From Candidatus Bathyarchaeota archaeon (lineage in GTDB: Archaea > Thermoproteota > Bathyarchaeia > Bathyarchaeales > DTEX01): a stretch of DNA of 51,483 nucleotides. The stretch spans positions 1 to 51,483 of the forward strand of contig QMXE01000002.1 of the NCBI GenBank assembly GCA_003661975.1, given 5' to 3'. The notes below the pieces were generated by a model. That model was not told the origin of the DNA and made no database searches. It saw only the letters and a list, made by a program, of their open reading frames with translations. The position numbers and the translations under genes were made by a program. Shown piece after piece: positions 1-9,675 of this stretch. Position 1 is the stretch's first letter. Every line of letters starts with the position of its first letter.

Positions 1-376
1 AATACTTCTTCCGAGCGTTTATAGTTTAACACCCATACCGATATCTATGGCTTTTCTTCTAACTTATGGAGGAATAACATTGGTGATTGATGATATCCAA
101 GATTTATCCATGAGGATTAGGAGGAGCCTTAATCTTCTATGGAGAAGAGCCCTCAAATTTAAGAGTAAACTTGAGGCGCTGCACTTATGCAGCTGCATAT
201 CATCAGCTTACATGCTGCTCAGTATGCTTTTACGCTTTTTCATAGACAAATTATGTCTGATTGAGACGGTCATACCAAAGGTATCCATAAAAATTTTCAT
301 TCTGAATCTCTTCGTTACCAGTCTTTGGGGATTAGAGATTATTAAGAGGAGATTCTGGCTTCGTAAGCTCTTATGA

Positions 377-1057
377 CTATAGGAGACCTTTAGGGATCCG
401 ATTTTTCCGCTTTGCATTTTCAGCGGCTACATGAGCAAACCTGATCGGCTCTGGAATTCTATATTTGGCACAATAAAGAACTATCTTGATGGCCGATTCA
501 AGGGAGATCTTATGACCTACACTCACGTATATCGGCCTCTTACTTCTTCCCGAGAAGACCGCCGCTCCAATTACCTCATCCCCATCCACTATGGGCCTCC
601 ACTCATTCTTAACATCCTTTATCTTTCCGCACAATAGATTTTTGGCGACTCCTATTGTAGGAGCGTCTACTATTAGGCCAAAATGCGAGGCGAGGCCGAG
701 ACGTCGCGGATGAGCCCGTCCATGACCATCAATCATGAATACATCAGGTTTCACCTCCAATTTTTGCACCGCTGAAATAGCTGCTGGTAGCTCTCTGAAG
801 GCTAGGAATGTTGGAATGTATGAGAGAGGAGCCTTCTTCACTGCTGTTTTCTCTTCGATGACCCTCATCGTTGCGTAATCCAGAACAACTGCGGCCCCGT
901 ATGATTTCTCATTCGAGTAAGAGACATCTACTCCTGCTATGTATCTTATCTTGCTGGGTAAACAATCATGCATAATAACCATCCTTGATAAAGCCCTCTG
1001 CATCTTCTCAGCCTTCTCCACGGAGAATTTATCCATCAAATTTAGGGGATCTAGCAT
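377..1057 (-). CDS. nfi: Endonuclease V (deoxyinosine 3' endonuclease)
   Basis: 226-aa ORF with IAGVDVSY, FRELP, DGHGRAHPRRLGLASHFG and PTIGVAK motifs characteristic of the endonuclease V family. Confidence 0.85.
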   Translation of the reverse strand: MLDPLNLMDKFSVEKAEKMQRALSRMVIMHDCLPSKIRYIAGVDVSYSNEKSYGAAVVLDYATMRVIEEKTAVKKAPLSYIPTFLAFRELPAAISAVQKLEVKPDVFMIDGHGRAHPRRLGLASHFGLIVDAPTIGVAKNLLCGKIKDVKNEWRPIVDGDEVIGAAVFSGRSKRPIYVSVGHKISLESAIKIVLYCAKYRIPEPIRFAHVAAENAKRKNRIPKGLL

Positions 1058-1088
1058 TGATAAAGCCTCACAGACGATTTCGGGTGAT

Positions 1089-2696
1089 CTAATCGGATAT
1101 CTTGGCGTACACGCCCATGAAGACAGGGCCAGTAATAATGATCTTCTTTTTCCAGTTAGTTATGAATCTACGTGCTATTCCGCTGAGTCCAAGGTTTATA
1201 TCGCTTAGTCTCCTAGCCATTCTCACCCTTATGTTAACAGTTTTAACTCCTGATTTTACGGCTTCCTCTATCTTCGCGGCTACGAGGGAAGCTACTCCAT
1301 CGATATATCGGATGTTCGTGCAGATCCCTCTTTCTCTGGCATCCTTGATCATTTGAATCTCATCCATACCTTTTTTTGGGGCTCCAACGATGTTTCCGTC
1401 ATATACGAAGATGTAATTTTCAGCCGCTGCTCCTAGTAGAGTTGCTCCTTTCTCATTCTCATAAACATAGACCTCCACGCTTTTACCTAAAACTTCGCCC
1501 TTATAAACTAGGAATTGACATGGACCGATCGCGTTCTTATGCCTAAGCGACTCGAAGATTATGCTCTTCATTATCTCCTTACCCCTGTCTGTTACTGGTT
1601 CAACTTCGAATCTAATCGCGTCGGCCAGCTCCTGATCTGTAAGGAGCAATTCGGCATAAAACTGTGGATAAACTAGTCTTCGAACATCGGTCTCATTATA
1701 TAGTATCATTGCGAGACGTTCCACGCCCAAGCCCACATTTAAAACCGGATATTCCAAACCGTATCTTGCCAGCGATATGGGATTGTAAATGCCATAATCA
1801 ACAACTTCTATCCATCTTTTTGAGGATGGATCGTAAATGAAGCCTTCATACTCCATTCCCGGAGCGTAGTATTTAGAGGAGACTTTCTTTCTGATGAAGC
1901 GAAGCTTTATGGGGCCAAAAGGTTCAAGTAGCGCTCTCGTAATCCTTTCCCCTTCTTCAACATTCAATTCCTCATCCATTACGACGCAGCTGGCTGAATG
2001 GTGAACTCGAAGATGCGTGGCGTCTTCTCTCTGCTCTCTTCTGAATCTCACATCAACGGAGAACAATTTCAGTGGTAATTCCCTCTTATGCTGAAGAGAC
2101 TGAAGTGTAAGGAACCATGCACTTGTCATGTGAGACCTTAAAGTTAGCTTTGAAGGTTCTGGTTTAAGCATCGAGAATTCCGGAAAGACTTGTGATGTAA
2201 TGTTCATTGCAAGGTGATCCGGGATCTCAAGTGCTTCTGAAATCTTCTCAATTAAGTCGTCAGGTTCTATTCTTCCCTTCTTATATTCCCTGAAGACCTT
2301 TTTTAGAGCTGAGATCCTTGAATCGGTCAGTTCAACTCCGAGTTTCCTGATCTCTTCGCATTTAGTCTTGCTTAGACCTATATCGGGACGGGGCAGACCG
2401 GCTAAGTAATAGCAGCGATCGAGTATTATCGGAGCTTCAGGCCCGTATTGGCGATATATCTCATTCTCCTCGATTATGATCGGGTTGAAGATTTCGTCGA
2501 AGCCCAAGCTAAGGAATCTCTCTCTAAGCTTCTGTATGAGCTCATATATTGGATGTGGGGATCCACGTCCAGAGAGATCAAGGCTTCTTGATGATCTTGG
2601 AATGAAAATTGAGCTCTCCTTCCAGACCTTCTCAAAGCCTTCTTTCTTAACCCTCTCTAGAATCTCGTCTGGCCTTAGACGAGTCATGCCCTTCAT
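1089..2696 (-). CDS. sepS: O-phosphoserine--tRNA(Cys) ligase (SepRS)
   Basis: 535-aa ORF colinear by eye with methanogen SepRS. Shared blocks: GFDEIFNP..YGPEAP..LDRCYYLAGLPRPDIGLS, KLTLRSHMTSAWFLT, HHSASCVV, LNVGLGVERLAMI, VYPQFY, NIRYIDG. The start may be Met4 (2687). It overlaps the upstream translin-like ORF by 41-50 nt. Confidence 0.9.
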   Translation of the reverse strand: MKGMTRLRPDEILERVKKEGFEKVWKESSIFIPRSSRSLDLSGRGSPHPIYELIQKLRERFLSLGFDEIFNPIIIEENEIYRQYGPEAPIILDRCYYLAGLPRPDIGLSKTKCEEIRKLGVELTDSRISALKKVFREYKKGRIEPDDLIEKISEALEIPDHLAMNITSQVFPEFSMLKPEPSKLTLRSHMTSAWFLTLQSLQHKRELPLKLFSVDVRFRREQREDATHLRVHHSASCVVMDEELNVEEGERITRALLEPFGPIKLRFIRKKVSSKYYAPGMEYEGFIYDPSSKRWIEVVDYGIYNPISLARYGLEYPVLNVGLGVERLAMILYNETDVRRLVYPQFYAELLLTDQELADAIRFEVEPVTDRGKEIMKSIIFESLRHKNAIGPCQFLVYKGEVLGKSVEVYVYENEKGATLLGAAAENYIFVYDGNIVGAPKKGMDEIQMIKDARERGICTNIRYIDGVASLVAAKIEEAVKSGVKTVNIRVRMARRLSDINLGLSGIARRFITNWKKKIIITGPVFMGVYAKISD

Positions 2697-3324
2697 CTCC
2701 GCTCATCTTCTTCATTAATTTCGAGATGCATCGTTCAAGCGATACCCTTCCAGATTCGATCATTATGTCGGCTCTTGTAGCCTCGATCACCCTCCTGGCA
2801 GTATCGCATTTCCTTCTGAGTCCGGGAATTAAGATCTGTATTTCCTCAAGGTCGATTATTCCCTCGAATATAGTCTCCATTAGATCCAGGCATTCTTCAG
2901 CCTCATCAATTCTATCTCTTCTTAAAAATTCAAGCGATCTCCTCCTAAACTCTCCTATGACATCTGCGAGTCCAAGAACATAGGGGATCATCGGGACATT
3001 AATATCCTCAAAGCTTGGTATGGATGAGCCCCTAACTAAATTCAAGAAGATCATGGCCTCTGCATACTCCTGAAATGCCAGATCCACGGAGCTCGTATAG
3101 AATAGAGCGGGATAATTCTCTGCGAGCCTCTTGATCTCCCATAGGATCCCCTTCGCCTCTCGAAGCGTCTCCTCCGCCTTTTCAAGATCGCCTCCATGAG
3201 TCTGAAAGATTGCTTGCTTAGAAAGTCTAGTAACCCTACGCGTCGCCAGCTGAATCTCTTGCCTGTGCTTATCCCTCTCCAATAGTTCTTCACGTATCCT
3301 CTCAAGGATCTCTCTTAGCGACAT
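2647..3324 (-). CDS. Translin-family protein (archaeal translin-like nucleic-acid-binding protein)
   Basis: 225-aa all-helical ORF. The pattern LAFQEYAEA...PYVLGLADVIGEFRRR matches my recollection of the translin/COG2178 family. Confidence 0.65.
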   Translation of the reverse strand: MSLREILERIREELLERDKHRQEIQLATRRVTRLSKQAIFQTHGGDLEKAEETLREAKGILWEIKRLAENYPALFYTSSVDLAFQEYAEAMIFLNLVRGSSIPSFEDINVPMIPYVLGLADVIGEFRRRSLEFLRRDRIDEAEECLDLMETIFEGIIDLEEIQILIPGLRRKCDTARRVIEATRADIMIESGRVSLERCISKLMKKMSGDEGHDSSKARRDSREG

Positions 3325-3437
3325 GAAGTTTCACATCATCAATTATGGATACAATCATAAAAATACCTCTTATATTTAAGAATCTTGATTCATCTATGAA
3401 TGTTGAGGCTGATTCTTCGGAGAGGATTATAGTGAAG

Positions 3438-4802
3438 ATGATGTTTTCAAGGCAAGACGGGGAAGTTCCGTGTGCAATGACGATTGCGGGGTCGGATAGT
3501 AGTGGAGGAGCGGGGGTTGAGGCTGATCTAAAGACATTTTCAGCCTTAGGAGTGTTTGGAACATGCGTAATTACGGCCATAACCGCTCAAAATACTAAAG
3601 GCGTAAAGGAAATCTTCCCAGTTCCGCCAAGGATTGTAAGAGCACAGATCCAAGCCGTCTTGGAGGATATCCCTGTGAAGACCGTGAAGACTGGTATGCT
3701 TTACTCTCGTGAGATTATGAGCATAATCGCTGAGTGCATAGATGAATATGGCATTCGGATGGTTACTGATCCTATCTTTAGGGCTGGAACAGGCAGATCA
3801 TTAATCATTAAGAAGGATATAAACTTCCTAATCGATGTCATTCTGCCTAGATCCGAGATCGTAACGCCAAATATCTTTGAGGCTGAAGTTATAAGCGGCA
3901 TTGAGATAGGAGACTTGGATGATATGAAGGAAGCCGCGCGGAGAATCGCGGATCTTGGAGCTAAATCAGTCATTATAAAAGGCGGTCATCTAAGAGGAGA
4001 TGAGAAGGTATGTGATCTCCTCTATCATGAAGGGGCTTTTAGGATCTTTGAGAAGCCGCGCCTAAAAATTAAACCTCATGGTGGAGGATGCGTATTTTCA
4101 GCTGCAATAGCATCATTTCTAGCGAGGGGAGATGATCTGGAGAATGCCGTAGAGAATGCCGAAAGGTTCATCGAGATGAGCTTCATCGGAGCGTCTAAGA
4201 TCGGATCTGGGAATATGCCAGTAAACCCGATGGCTTGTATATATAATGAGGCTGAAAAGATTAGGATTATGGAGGAAGTAGAGGCGGCTGCGGCGACCAT
4301 CGTGGGAGATCAACGTTTCCTTCCATTCGCCGCTGAAGTTGGCATACAACTTGCCATGGCTTCACCGTATCCTCGTGGAAGAGAGGACGTAGCAGCTATT
4401 GATGGGAGAATAGTTAAGGTTAAGAGCGGATTAAAAGCCGCTGGCCCCGTGAGATTCGGGGCTTCAAGACACATCGCTGATATAATTCTAACAGCGATGA
4501 GACATAATCCAAAGATCCGCGCTGCGATGAACCTTCATTATGATCAGAGGATCATTGAGGCATTTAGGAGGATCGGATGTAAAGTTGCATATTTTGATAG
4601 GAGGCTTGAGCCTGATGAAGTGAGGAGGATGGAGGGTAGATCTCTTCGCTGGGGAGTTGAGGACGTAATTAAAAGAATCGGATATGTTCCAGATGTCATA
4701 TATGATGAGGGCGATGTGGGAAAGGAGCCTATGATAAGGATCTTGGGTAGAAGCATCTTAGAGGTTACCGAAAAGGCCTTGAAGGCCATAGAATCTCTTT
4801 GA
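3438..4802 (+). CDS. thiDN: Bifunctional hydroxymethylpyrimidine/phosphomethylpyrimidine kinase + ThiN-type thiamine-phosphate synthase (ThiDN)
   Basis: The N-terminal region CAMTIAGSDSSGGAGVEADLKTFSALGV..ITAQNT is the ThiD signature. A C-terminal extension of roughly 170 aa fits the archaeal ThiN domain. The ORF is open from 3345, but the Met-Met at 3438 gives a normal ThiD N-terminus and leaves room for divergent promoters. Confidence 0.8.
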   Translation: MMFSRQDGEVPCAMTIAGSDSSGGAGVEADLKTFSALGVFGTCVITAITAQNTKGVKEIFPVPPRIVRAQIQAVLEDIPVKTVKTGMLYSREIMSIIAECIDEYGIRMVTDPIFRAGTGRSLIIKKDINFLIDVILPRSEIVTPNIFEAEVISGIEIGDLDDMKEAARRIADLGAKSVIIKGGHLRGDEKVCDLLYHEGAFRIFEKPRLKIKPHGGGCVFSAAIASFLARGDDLENAVENAERFIEMSFIGASKIGSGNMPVNPMACIYNEAEKIRIMEEVEAAAATIVGDQRFLPFAAEVGIQLAMASPYPRGREDVAAIDGRIVKVKSGLKAAGPVRFGASRHIADIILTAMRHNPKIRAAMNLHYDQRIIEAFRRIGCKVAYFDRRLEPDEVRRMEGRSLRWGVEDVIKRIGYVPDVIYDEGDVGKEPMIRILGRSILEVTEKALKAIESL

Positions 4803-4866
4803 AACGATCAACTTGTATGTGTCAGTTATCAACAATGCATCATACAATTCACATCATCTTTATCTT

Positions 4867-5904
4867 TTAAATCTCCTTTATCTTTGAGGCTATCTCCTCT
4901 GCTACATCAAATGTCGACGATCTTCCTCCCAGATCATAGGTTCTGACCTTGCCTTCCTTTAAAACCTTGATCACCGCGCTTTGAATTAGATCTGCGGCTT
5001 CCTTCTCTCCTAAATACTCCATCATCATCTTAGCGGCGAGGATGGTCGCTATTGGATTAACCTTATTCTTTCCAGCATATTTTGGTGCAGATCCATGAAC
5101 AGGCTCGAACATCGCATAGTCATCACCAATATTCCCTCCTGCCGCCAACCCCAGCCCCCCAACTATCTGTGCAGCTTCATCCGAGAGGATATCTCCAAAC
5201 ATATTGGTCACAACGATCACATCGAATTTTTCGGGTTCTTTAATCAGCCTCATCGCCATCGCATCAACATGAACCTCATCTAAATAGACCGATGGATACT
5301 CCTTTCCAACCCTGAAGACCGCCCCTCGAAATATGCCGTCAGTGATCCGCAGGATATTCCTCTTATGCACGCATGTCACATGATGGTTTCTCTTCATGGC
5401 CAATTCGAAAGCTATGCGGGCAACCTTTTCAGATGCGCTCTCTGTTACGAGACGAATCGCTATTCCCTTTCCAGGAGAGACCTCAAATTCCTCGCCGAAA
5501 TATAATCCCTCAGTATTCTCCCTCACAATAACCAAGTCGATGTTTGGATTTAATGCCGGAACGTTCGGGAAAGACCTGCATGGCCTGACATTCGCGTATA
5601 AGTTGAAGGTCCTCCTTATGGTTACGGCGGCGCTTGGAGGCGAACCTGGCTCTTCAGGAGTAGTCATAGGCCCCTTTAAACAGGCATCAGTCTCACTCAG
5701 CATCTCAATAGTCTCTTTCGGCACATTAGTTCCATATTTTTTGATGCAATTATATCCAGCCTCTCCAAAGATAAATTTAAGTTCTAATCCCTTCATTGCT
5801 TCCTGAACTGCCTCTAAAACCTTAAGTGCGGCGCTTACAACTTCAGGTCCAATTCCATCTCCGGGTAAAACCGCGATTTTATATTTTCTTGACATCTTCC
5901 GCAT
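4867..5904 (-). CDS. Isopropylmalate / homoisocitrate / isocitrate dehydrogenase family (beta-decarboxylating dehydrogenase)
   Basis: 345-aa ORF with KIAVLPGDGIGPEV, RENTEGLY and NMFGDILSD..GGLGLA motifs of the family. Substrate cannot be assigned from sequence alone. Confidence 0.8.
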   Translation of the reverse strand: MRKMSRKYKIAVLPGDGIGPEVVSAALKVLEAVQEAMKGLELKFIFGEAGYNCIKKYGTNVPKETIEMLSETDACLKGPMTTPEEPGSPPSAAVTIRRTFNLYANVRPCRSFPNVPALNPNIDLVIVRENTEGLYFGEEFEVSPGKGIAIRLVTESASEKVARIAFELAMKRNHHVTCVHKRNILRITDGIFRGAVFRVGKEYPSVYLDEVHVDAMAMRLIKEPEKFDVIVVTNMFGDILSDEAAQIVGGLGLAAGGNIGDDYAMFEPVHGSAPKYAGKNKVNPIATILAAKMMMEYLGEKEAADLIQSAVIKVLKEGKVRTYDLGGRSSTFDVAEEIASKIKEI

Positions 5905-5944
5905 GCTACCCCAAATAATAAGTTACTCTCCTAAAGAGTTTATG

Positions 5945-6523
5945 TTATTTTATGTCTTTTGGTTCCTCCCGTTTAACCCTTAAATCGAGCAGGTAATTTA
6001 TGATATCTATGCATGTTGCAGCTAGGTACGGCCTTTTACCCAAGGATACTTTAGTTCCAAATCTCAGAGCGAACATCTCATCTTTTTTGGGAAGGCCGAT
6101 CTGATCGCCGAGAATAAAGACTGGATTAGAGCCAAAATCCATATTTATCACATCCTGACCTTTCTCCTCGAGAATGAATATTTCTCTATTGCTAAGCGAG
6201 CGGATCAGATCTTGAAAGCTTCTTCTTTCAATCTTGATCCCTGGATGGAAACCTCCGGAGAGAACCTTTCTTAGGATTCTCTCCCATGTTCGCTCATCGG
6301 TTCTAACATTTCGGAGCTCTCTTCCATCAATCCTTAGATGAAGAGGTGGATTTGGAGGGCCGCCTAGAATAGCATGGAAGATTACGTCTCGACGTATTGC
6401 GCCGGAAGTAAAAAATGCAAATAAGATACATTGATAAACAACGTCAAGTCTTCCAGCATCTCTTAAACTCTTGAATCTACCATCCGTCCGGCCTCGCCTT
6501 GACAATAGAATGAAATCTATCAT
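5945..6523 (-). CDS. trmY: tRNA (pseudouridine54-N1)-methyltransferase TrmY (SPOUT, DUF358)
   Basis: 192-aa ORF with GRLDVVYQCILFAFFTSGAIRRDVIFHAILGGPPNPP and NPVFILGDQIG blocks matching the archaeal TrmY family as I recall it. Confidence 0.8.
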   Translation of the reverse strand: MIDFILLSRRGRTDGRFKSLRDAGRLDVVYQCILFAFFTSGAIRRDVIFHAILGGPPNPPLHLRIDGRELRNVRTDERTWERILRKVLSGGFHPGIKIERRSFQDLIRSLSNREIFILEEKGQDVINMDFGSNPVFILGDQIGLPKKDEMFALRFGTKVSLGKRPYLAATCIDIINYLLDLRVKREEPKDIK

Positions 6524-6779
6524 TACTCTTCACGTAAGATTTGATATTTTGAAGAATAAATATCATCGTTTCGGTATTCCATTTCATCCATTTTTCATAA
6601 GGTTTTTTGAATGAATCCAGTTTCAATTCCGATGCCTCAAAAATGAATCCACGACGAAGACAGACATCTATAACACATTCGTAAAAGACTATAGAAACTG
6701 AACGCAGACCTAAACGAGAAGAAACAGTCACCAAAAACAATTTAGTTTAAAAAGCAATAATATCCCATACATATGAGAG

Positions 6780-7883
6780 ATGATGCCTGAAGAGAGAATA
6801 TTGGCAGTATTTGAGAGAAGATCCATAGATAGAGTTCCATGGAATATTAGGCCTGAATTTTGGTATATTGTCAATAAGGCTAGGGGGACTCTCCCGGAGA
6901 AATATAGAGGAGTAGATATAGTTGATATATGCCGAGAGTGGGGTGCGAGTTGGAGATGCTATTCGGGATACTTCGTTGATAGCTTTGTTAAAGTGACATG
7001 TAATGGAGACTTAAGGTTCATCACGAGGGAAAAAGGAAGGCTCACAATAACTGAGATCGAGACGCCAGCTGGAACGGTAAGAGAGACGCGATTAAGGGAT
7101 GAGGAGGGATTTTCATCAAGAATCATAGAGTATCCCCTTAAGGAAATAAAGGATATTAAACCTATAATTTACATGCTGGAGCATATGCATGTAGAGTTTG
7201 ATCATGAAGTTTACGAGAAGATGAAGCGACGTTTGGGAGGCCATGGGATACTCTCATATTTCTTTCCAAGAACTCCATTTCAGAGGTTAATGATAAATCT
7301 TGCAGGGGTTGAGAGGACGATAAAGCTCGTCTTTAGATATCCCTCCGAGATGGAGGGTTTAATGGAGGAGATAAAGATGGCTAATGATCAATTCTATGAA
7401 GTCATGGCGTCAACGCCAATAAAGATATTCAATTTGGGCGAGAATATCGATGTAAGAATGACTTCTCCTAAGCTATTTGAGAAGTATTGTCTGCCATATT
7501 ATCAGGAAAGGGGAGATTATCTACATAAGCATGGAAAGTTCGTGCATATTCATGTGGATGGTTGGGCCAAGCCTTTGCTACCGCTTTTAAGGGAGACGGG
7601 ACTGGATGGAGTTGAGGCCCTCACAGTTAAGCCTGTAGGCGATATGACGCTCGGCGATATAAAGAGGGCGCTTGGAGATGAAATGATACTGGTAGATGGA
7701 ATACCATTCATTTACTTCCTTCCAGATATAATAAGCCTCGAGAAATTCGATAGATTTGTAAAGAGGATAATATCGATGTTCCCAGATAATCTAGTGTTGG
7801 GAATCTCTGATGAGCTTCCTCCCCCAGCTGACGAGAATAGAGTGAAGAGAGTATCGAGGATAATCGATGAGTTATACAAGTGA
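6780..7883 (+). CDS. Uroporphyrinogen-decarboxylase (URO-D/MtaA-like) family protein
   Basis: 367-aa ORF with an N-terminal ERILAVFERRSIDRVPW and a C-terminal VHIHVDGW...GLDGVEAL pattern typical of URO-D-fold enzymes. Function not assignable. Confidence 0.45.
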   Translation: MMPEERILAVFERRSIDRVPWNIRPEFWYIVNKARGTLPEKYRGVDIVDICREWGASWRCYSGYFVDSFVKVTCNGDLRFITREKGRLTITEIETPAGTVRETRLRDEEGFSSRIIEYPLKEIKDIKPIIYMLEHMHVEFDHEVYEKMKRRLGGHGILSYFFPRTPFQRLMINLAGVERTIKLVFRYPSEMEGLMEEIKMANDQFYEVMASTPIKIFNLGENIDVRMTSPKLFEKYCLPYYQERGDYLHKHGKFVHIHVDGWAKPLLPLLRETGLDGVEALTVKPVGDMTLGDIKRALGDEMILVDGIPFIYFLPDIISLEKFDRFVKRIISMFPDNLVLGISDELPPPADENRVKRVSRIIDELYK

Positions 7884-7884
7884 C

Positions 7885-8430
7885 CTAACGGCGAACCTTA
7901 ATAACTACAGTTTCTGAGAGAAAATTAAAGAGCCTCTGCTTTTTGTTTGAGTATAATATCCATCCTATGAGACAGTCGATTGGAAGCAAAAAGGCTTTTC
8001 CGAGACTCTCAACGGCGGCCTGTAGCATGGTTATACGCTCACCATTCGTCTGCACTATTTTTAGCTTCATTACCATCTTACCCAGCGATTGACCAAATAT
8101 ACCCTCCAATATGGTCCAGTATAGGAAGAGAGTGATATCATCAATTTCGATCGAGAGGAATGGGAGTGATATTATTGAGACCCGCCACAAGTTGACTATG
8201 TTTATCCACTGAAAATAGCATCTGAATGGGGTTAAGAGGAGGAGGATGACTATTATGTCGATCAGCCAAGCTACGAACCTCTCACCCCAATCCCCAAACT
8301 CGAGGCTTGCTTTGACTGTCGTGATGACTGAAGCTCCACAGTATGGACAGAAGGCAGCATCCTGGGGAATTTTCCTCCCACACTTTATGCAGTAAGGCAT
8401 CTCTAATCGCTTCGCTCCACAACTTTCCAT
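7885..8430 (-). CDS. Zinc-ribbon + RDD-family membrane protein
   Basis: N-terminal CIKCG..x..CPYCG zinc ribbon, followed by an RFVAWLIDIIV RDD-type segment and 3 hydrophobic helices. Confidence 0.6.
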   Translation of the reverse strand: MESCGAKRLEMPYCIKCGRKIPQDAAFCPYCGASVITTVKASLEFGDWGERFVAWLIDIIVILLLLTPFRCYFQWINIVNLWRVSIISLPFLSIEIDDITLFLYWTILEGIFGQSLGKMVMKLKIVQTNGERITMLQAAVESLGKAFLLPIDCLIGWILYSNKKQRLFNFLSETVVIKVRR

Positions 8431-8502
8431 TCTTTTCCGCAGTATTTATTTAATTCCCTATCTTACGTAAAAGATTAAGGATGCTGAAATAATGGAGTTT
8501 CT

Positions 8503-9606
8503 ATGGGGAGAACGATCATGGACATCGAAAGGCGAATGGATCTAATTTTAAGAAATACTGAGGAGATAGTTACACGTGAGGAGCTACGAGATCTTCTGGA
8601 GACAAATAGTAAGCCCAAGGCTTATTGGGGATTTGAATGTTCAGGGCTTATGCATGTGGGAATAGGACTTATACCCGGAACTAAAATAAGGGATATGATT
8701 GAAGCTGGATTTGACTTTACGATCTTCCTCGCCGATTGGCACAGTTGGATAAACAATAAACTTGGCGGCAACATGGATAATATACGTGCATGCGGAGAAT
8801 ACTTCAAGCATTGCTTTGAAGCGTTGGGAATAACCTCCGATAGGGCTCGTTTCTTATGGGCCTCCGACATAGTTGAAGATGTTGAGTATTGGGAGAAAGT
8901 GATCAGGATAGCTAAGGCCTCTTCCCTAATGAGGGTTCGAAGAGCCCTGACGATAATGGGACGTGAAATGGATCTCTCGGATATCGAGACGGCATGGATA
9001 TTCTATCCGTGCATGCAGGCAGCGGATATATTCCATTTAGACTTGGATGTTGCGGCCGGAGGTATTGATCAGAGGAAAGCCCACATGCTGGCCAGAGATG
9101 CCGCTGAGAAGATGGGATGGAAAAAGCCAGTATGCCTGCATACTCCATTACTTTTAGGCTTATCAAGGCCTGAAATGCCTAGCGGTGGAAGATATGATGA
9201 GGATGCTAAGGTAGATATGAGGATAGGTTCTAAAATGTCCAAGAGTAAACCTGAGAGCTGCATATTCGTTCACGATAGTCCAGAAGTAATCAGGTCTAAG
9301 ATGAGGAAGGCGTATTGTCCGCCTAAGCAGGAGGAAGGAAATCCTGTGCTTGAATATGCGAAATACATAGTCTTCCCGCGTTTGGGGGAGATTGAGATTC
9401 CTAGGCCGGAGAAGTATGGTGGACCAGTAACTTTTGAGGACTATAAGGCTTTAAGGGAGGCTTATCTCGAAGGGATAATACACCCGCTAGATTTGAAGAA
9501 TGGAGTTGCTGAGGCTCTCATAGAGATACTAGAGCCCGTAAGGGAGCACTTTAGGAGAAACCCAAAGCCCCTAATGAGAATTATTCAGATAGAGACCACC
9601 CGCTAA
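8503..9606 (+). CDS. tyrS: Tyrosine--tRNA ligase (archaeal long form)
   Basis: 367-aa class I aaRS with a GLMHVGIG (HIGH-like) motif, GGIDQRKAHMLARD and KMSKSKP. It is colinear with crenarchaeal-type TyrRS as I recall it. GGAG lies 5 nt upstream of the ATG. Alternative start 8518. Confidence 0.88.
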   Translation: MGRTIMDIERRMDLILRNTEEIVTREELRDLLETNSKPKAYWGFECSGLMHVGIGLIPGTKIRDMIEAGFDFTIFLADWHSWINNKLGGNMDNIRACGEYFKHCFEALGITSDRARFLWASDIVEDVEYWEKVIRIAKASSLMRVRRALTIMGREMDLSDIETAWIFYPCMQAADIFHLDLDVAAGGIDQRKAHMLARDAAEKMGWKKPVCLHTPLLLGLSRPEMPSGGRYDEDAKVDMRIGSKMSKSKPESCIFVHDSPEVIRSKMRKAYCPPKQEEGNPVLEYAKYIVFPRLGEIEIPRPEKYGGPVTFEDYKALREAYLEGIIHPLDLKNGVAEALIEILEPVREHFRRNPKPLMRIIQIETTR

Positions 9607-9675
9607 TCTCTCCTGTCAGAGTGACGCTGCTCCCTTTTAGGAAAACATAAAAATGTCCATGGGATTATTTGAATT

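Noticed and set aside
47-417. ORFs 47-376 (+, 109 aa) and 208-417 (-, 69 aa) at the window start
   Set aside because: Both are low-complexity, Leu/Ile/Ser-rich translations with no motif I recognise, and they overlap each other in an AT-rich stretch. I cannot support either as a gene, so the region is left unannotated.
6477-6740. 87-aa minus-strand ORF upstream of trmY
   Set aside because: It has a non-ATG start, no recognisable family and a 47-nt overlap with the trmY 5' end. It could be a real small protein, but there is no positive evidence.
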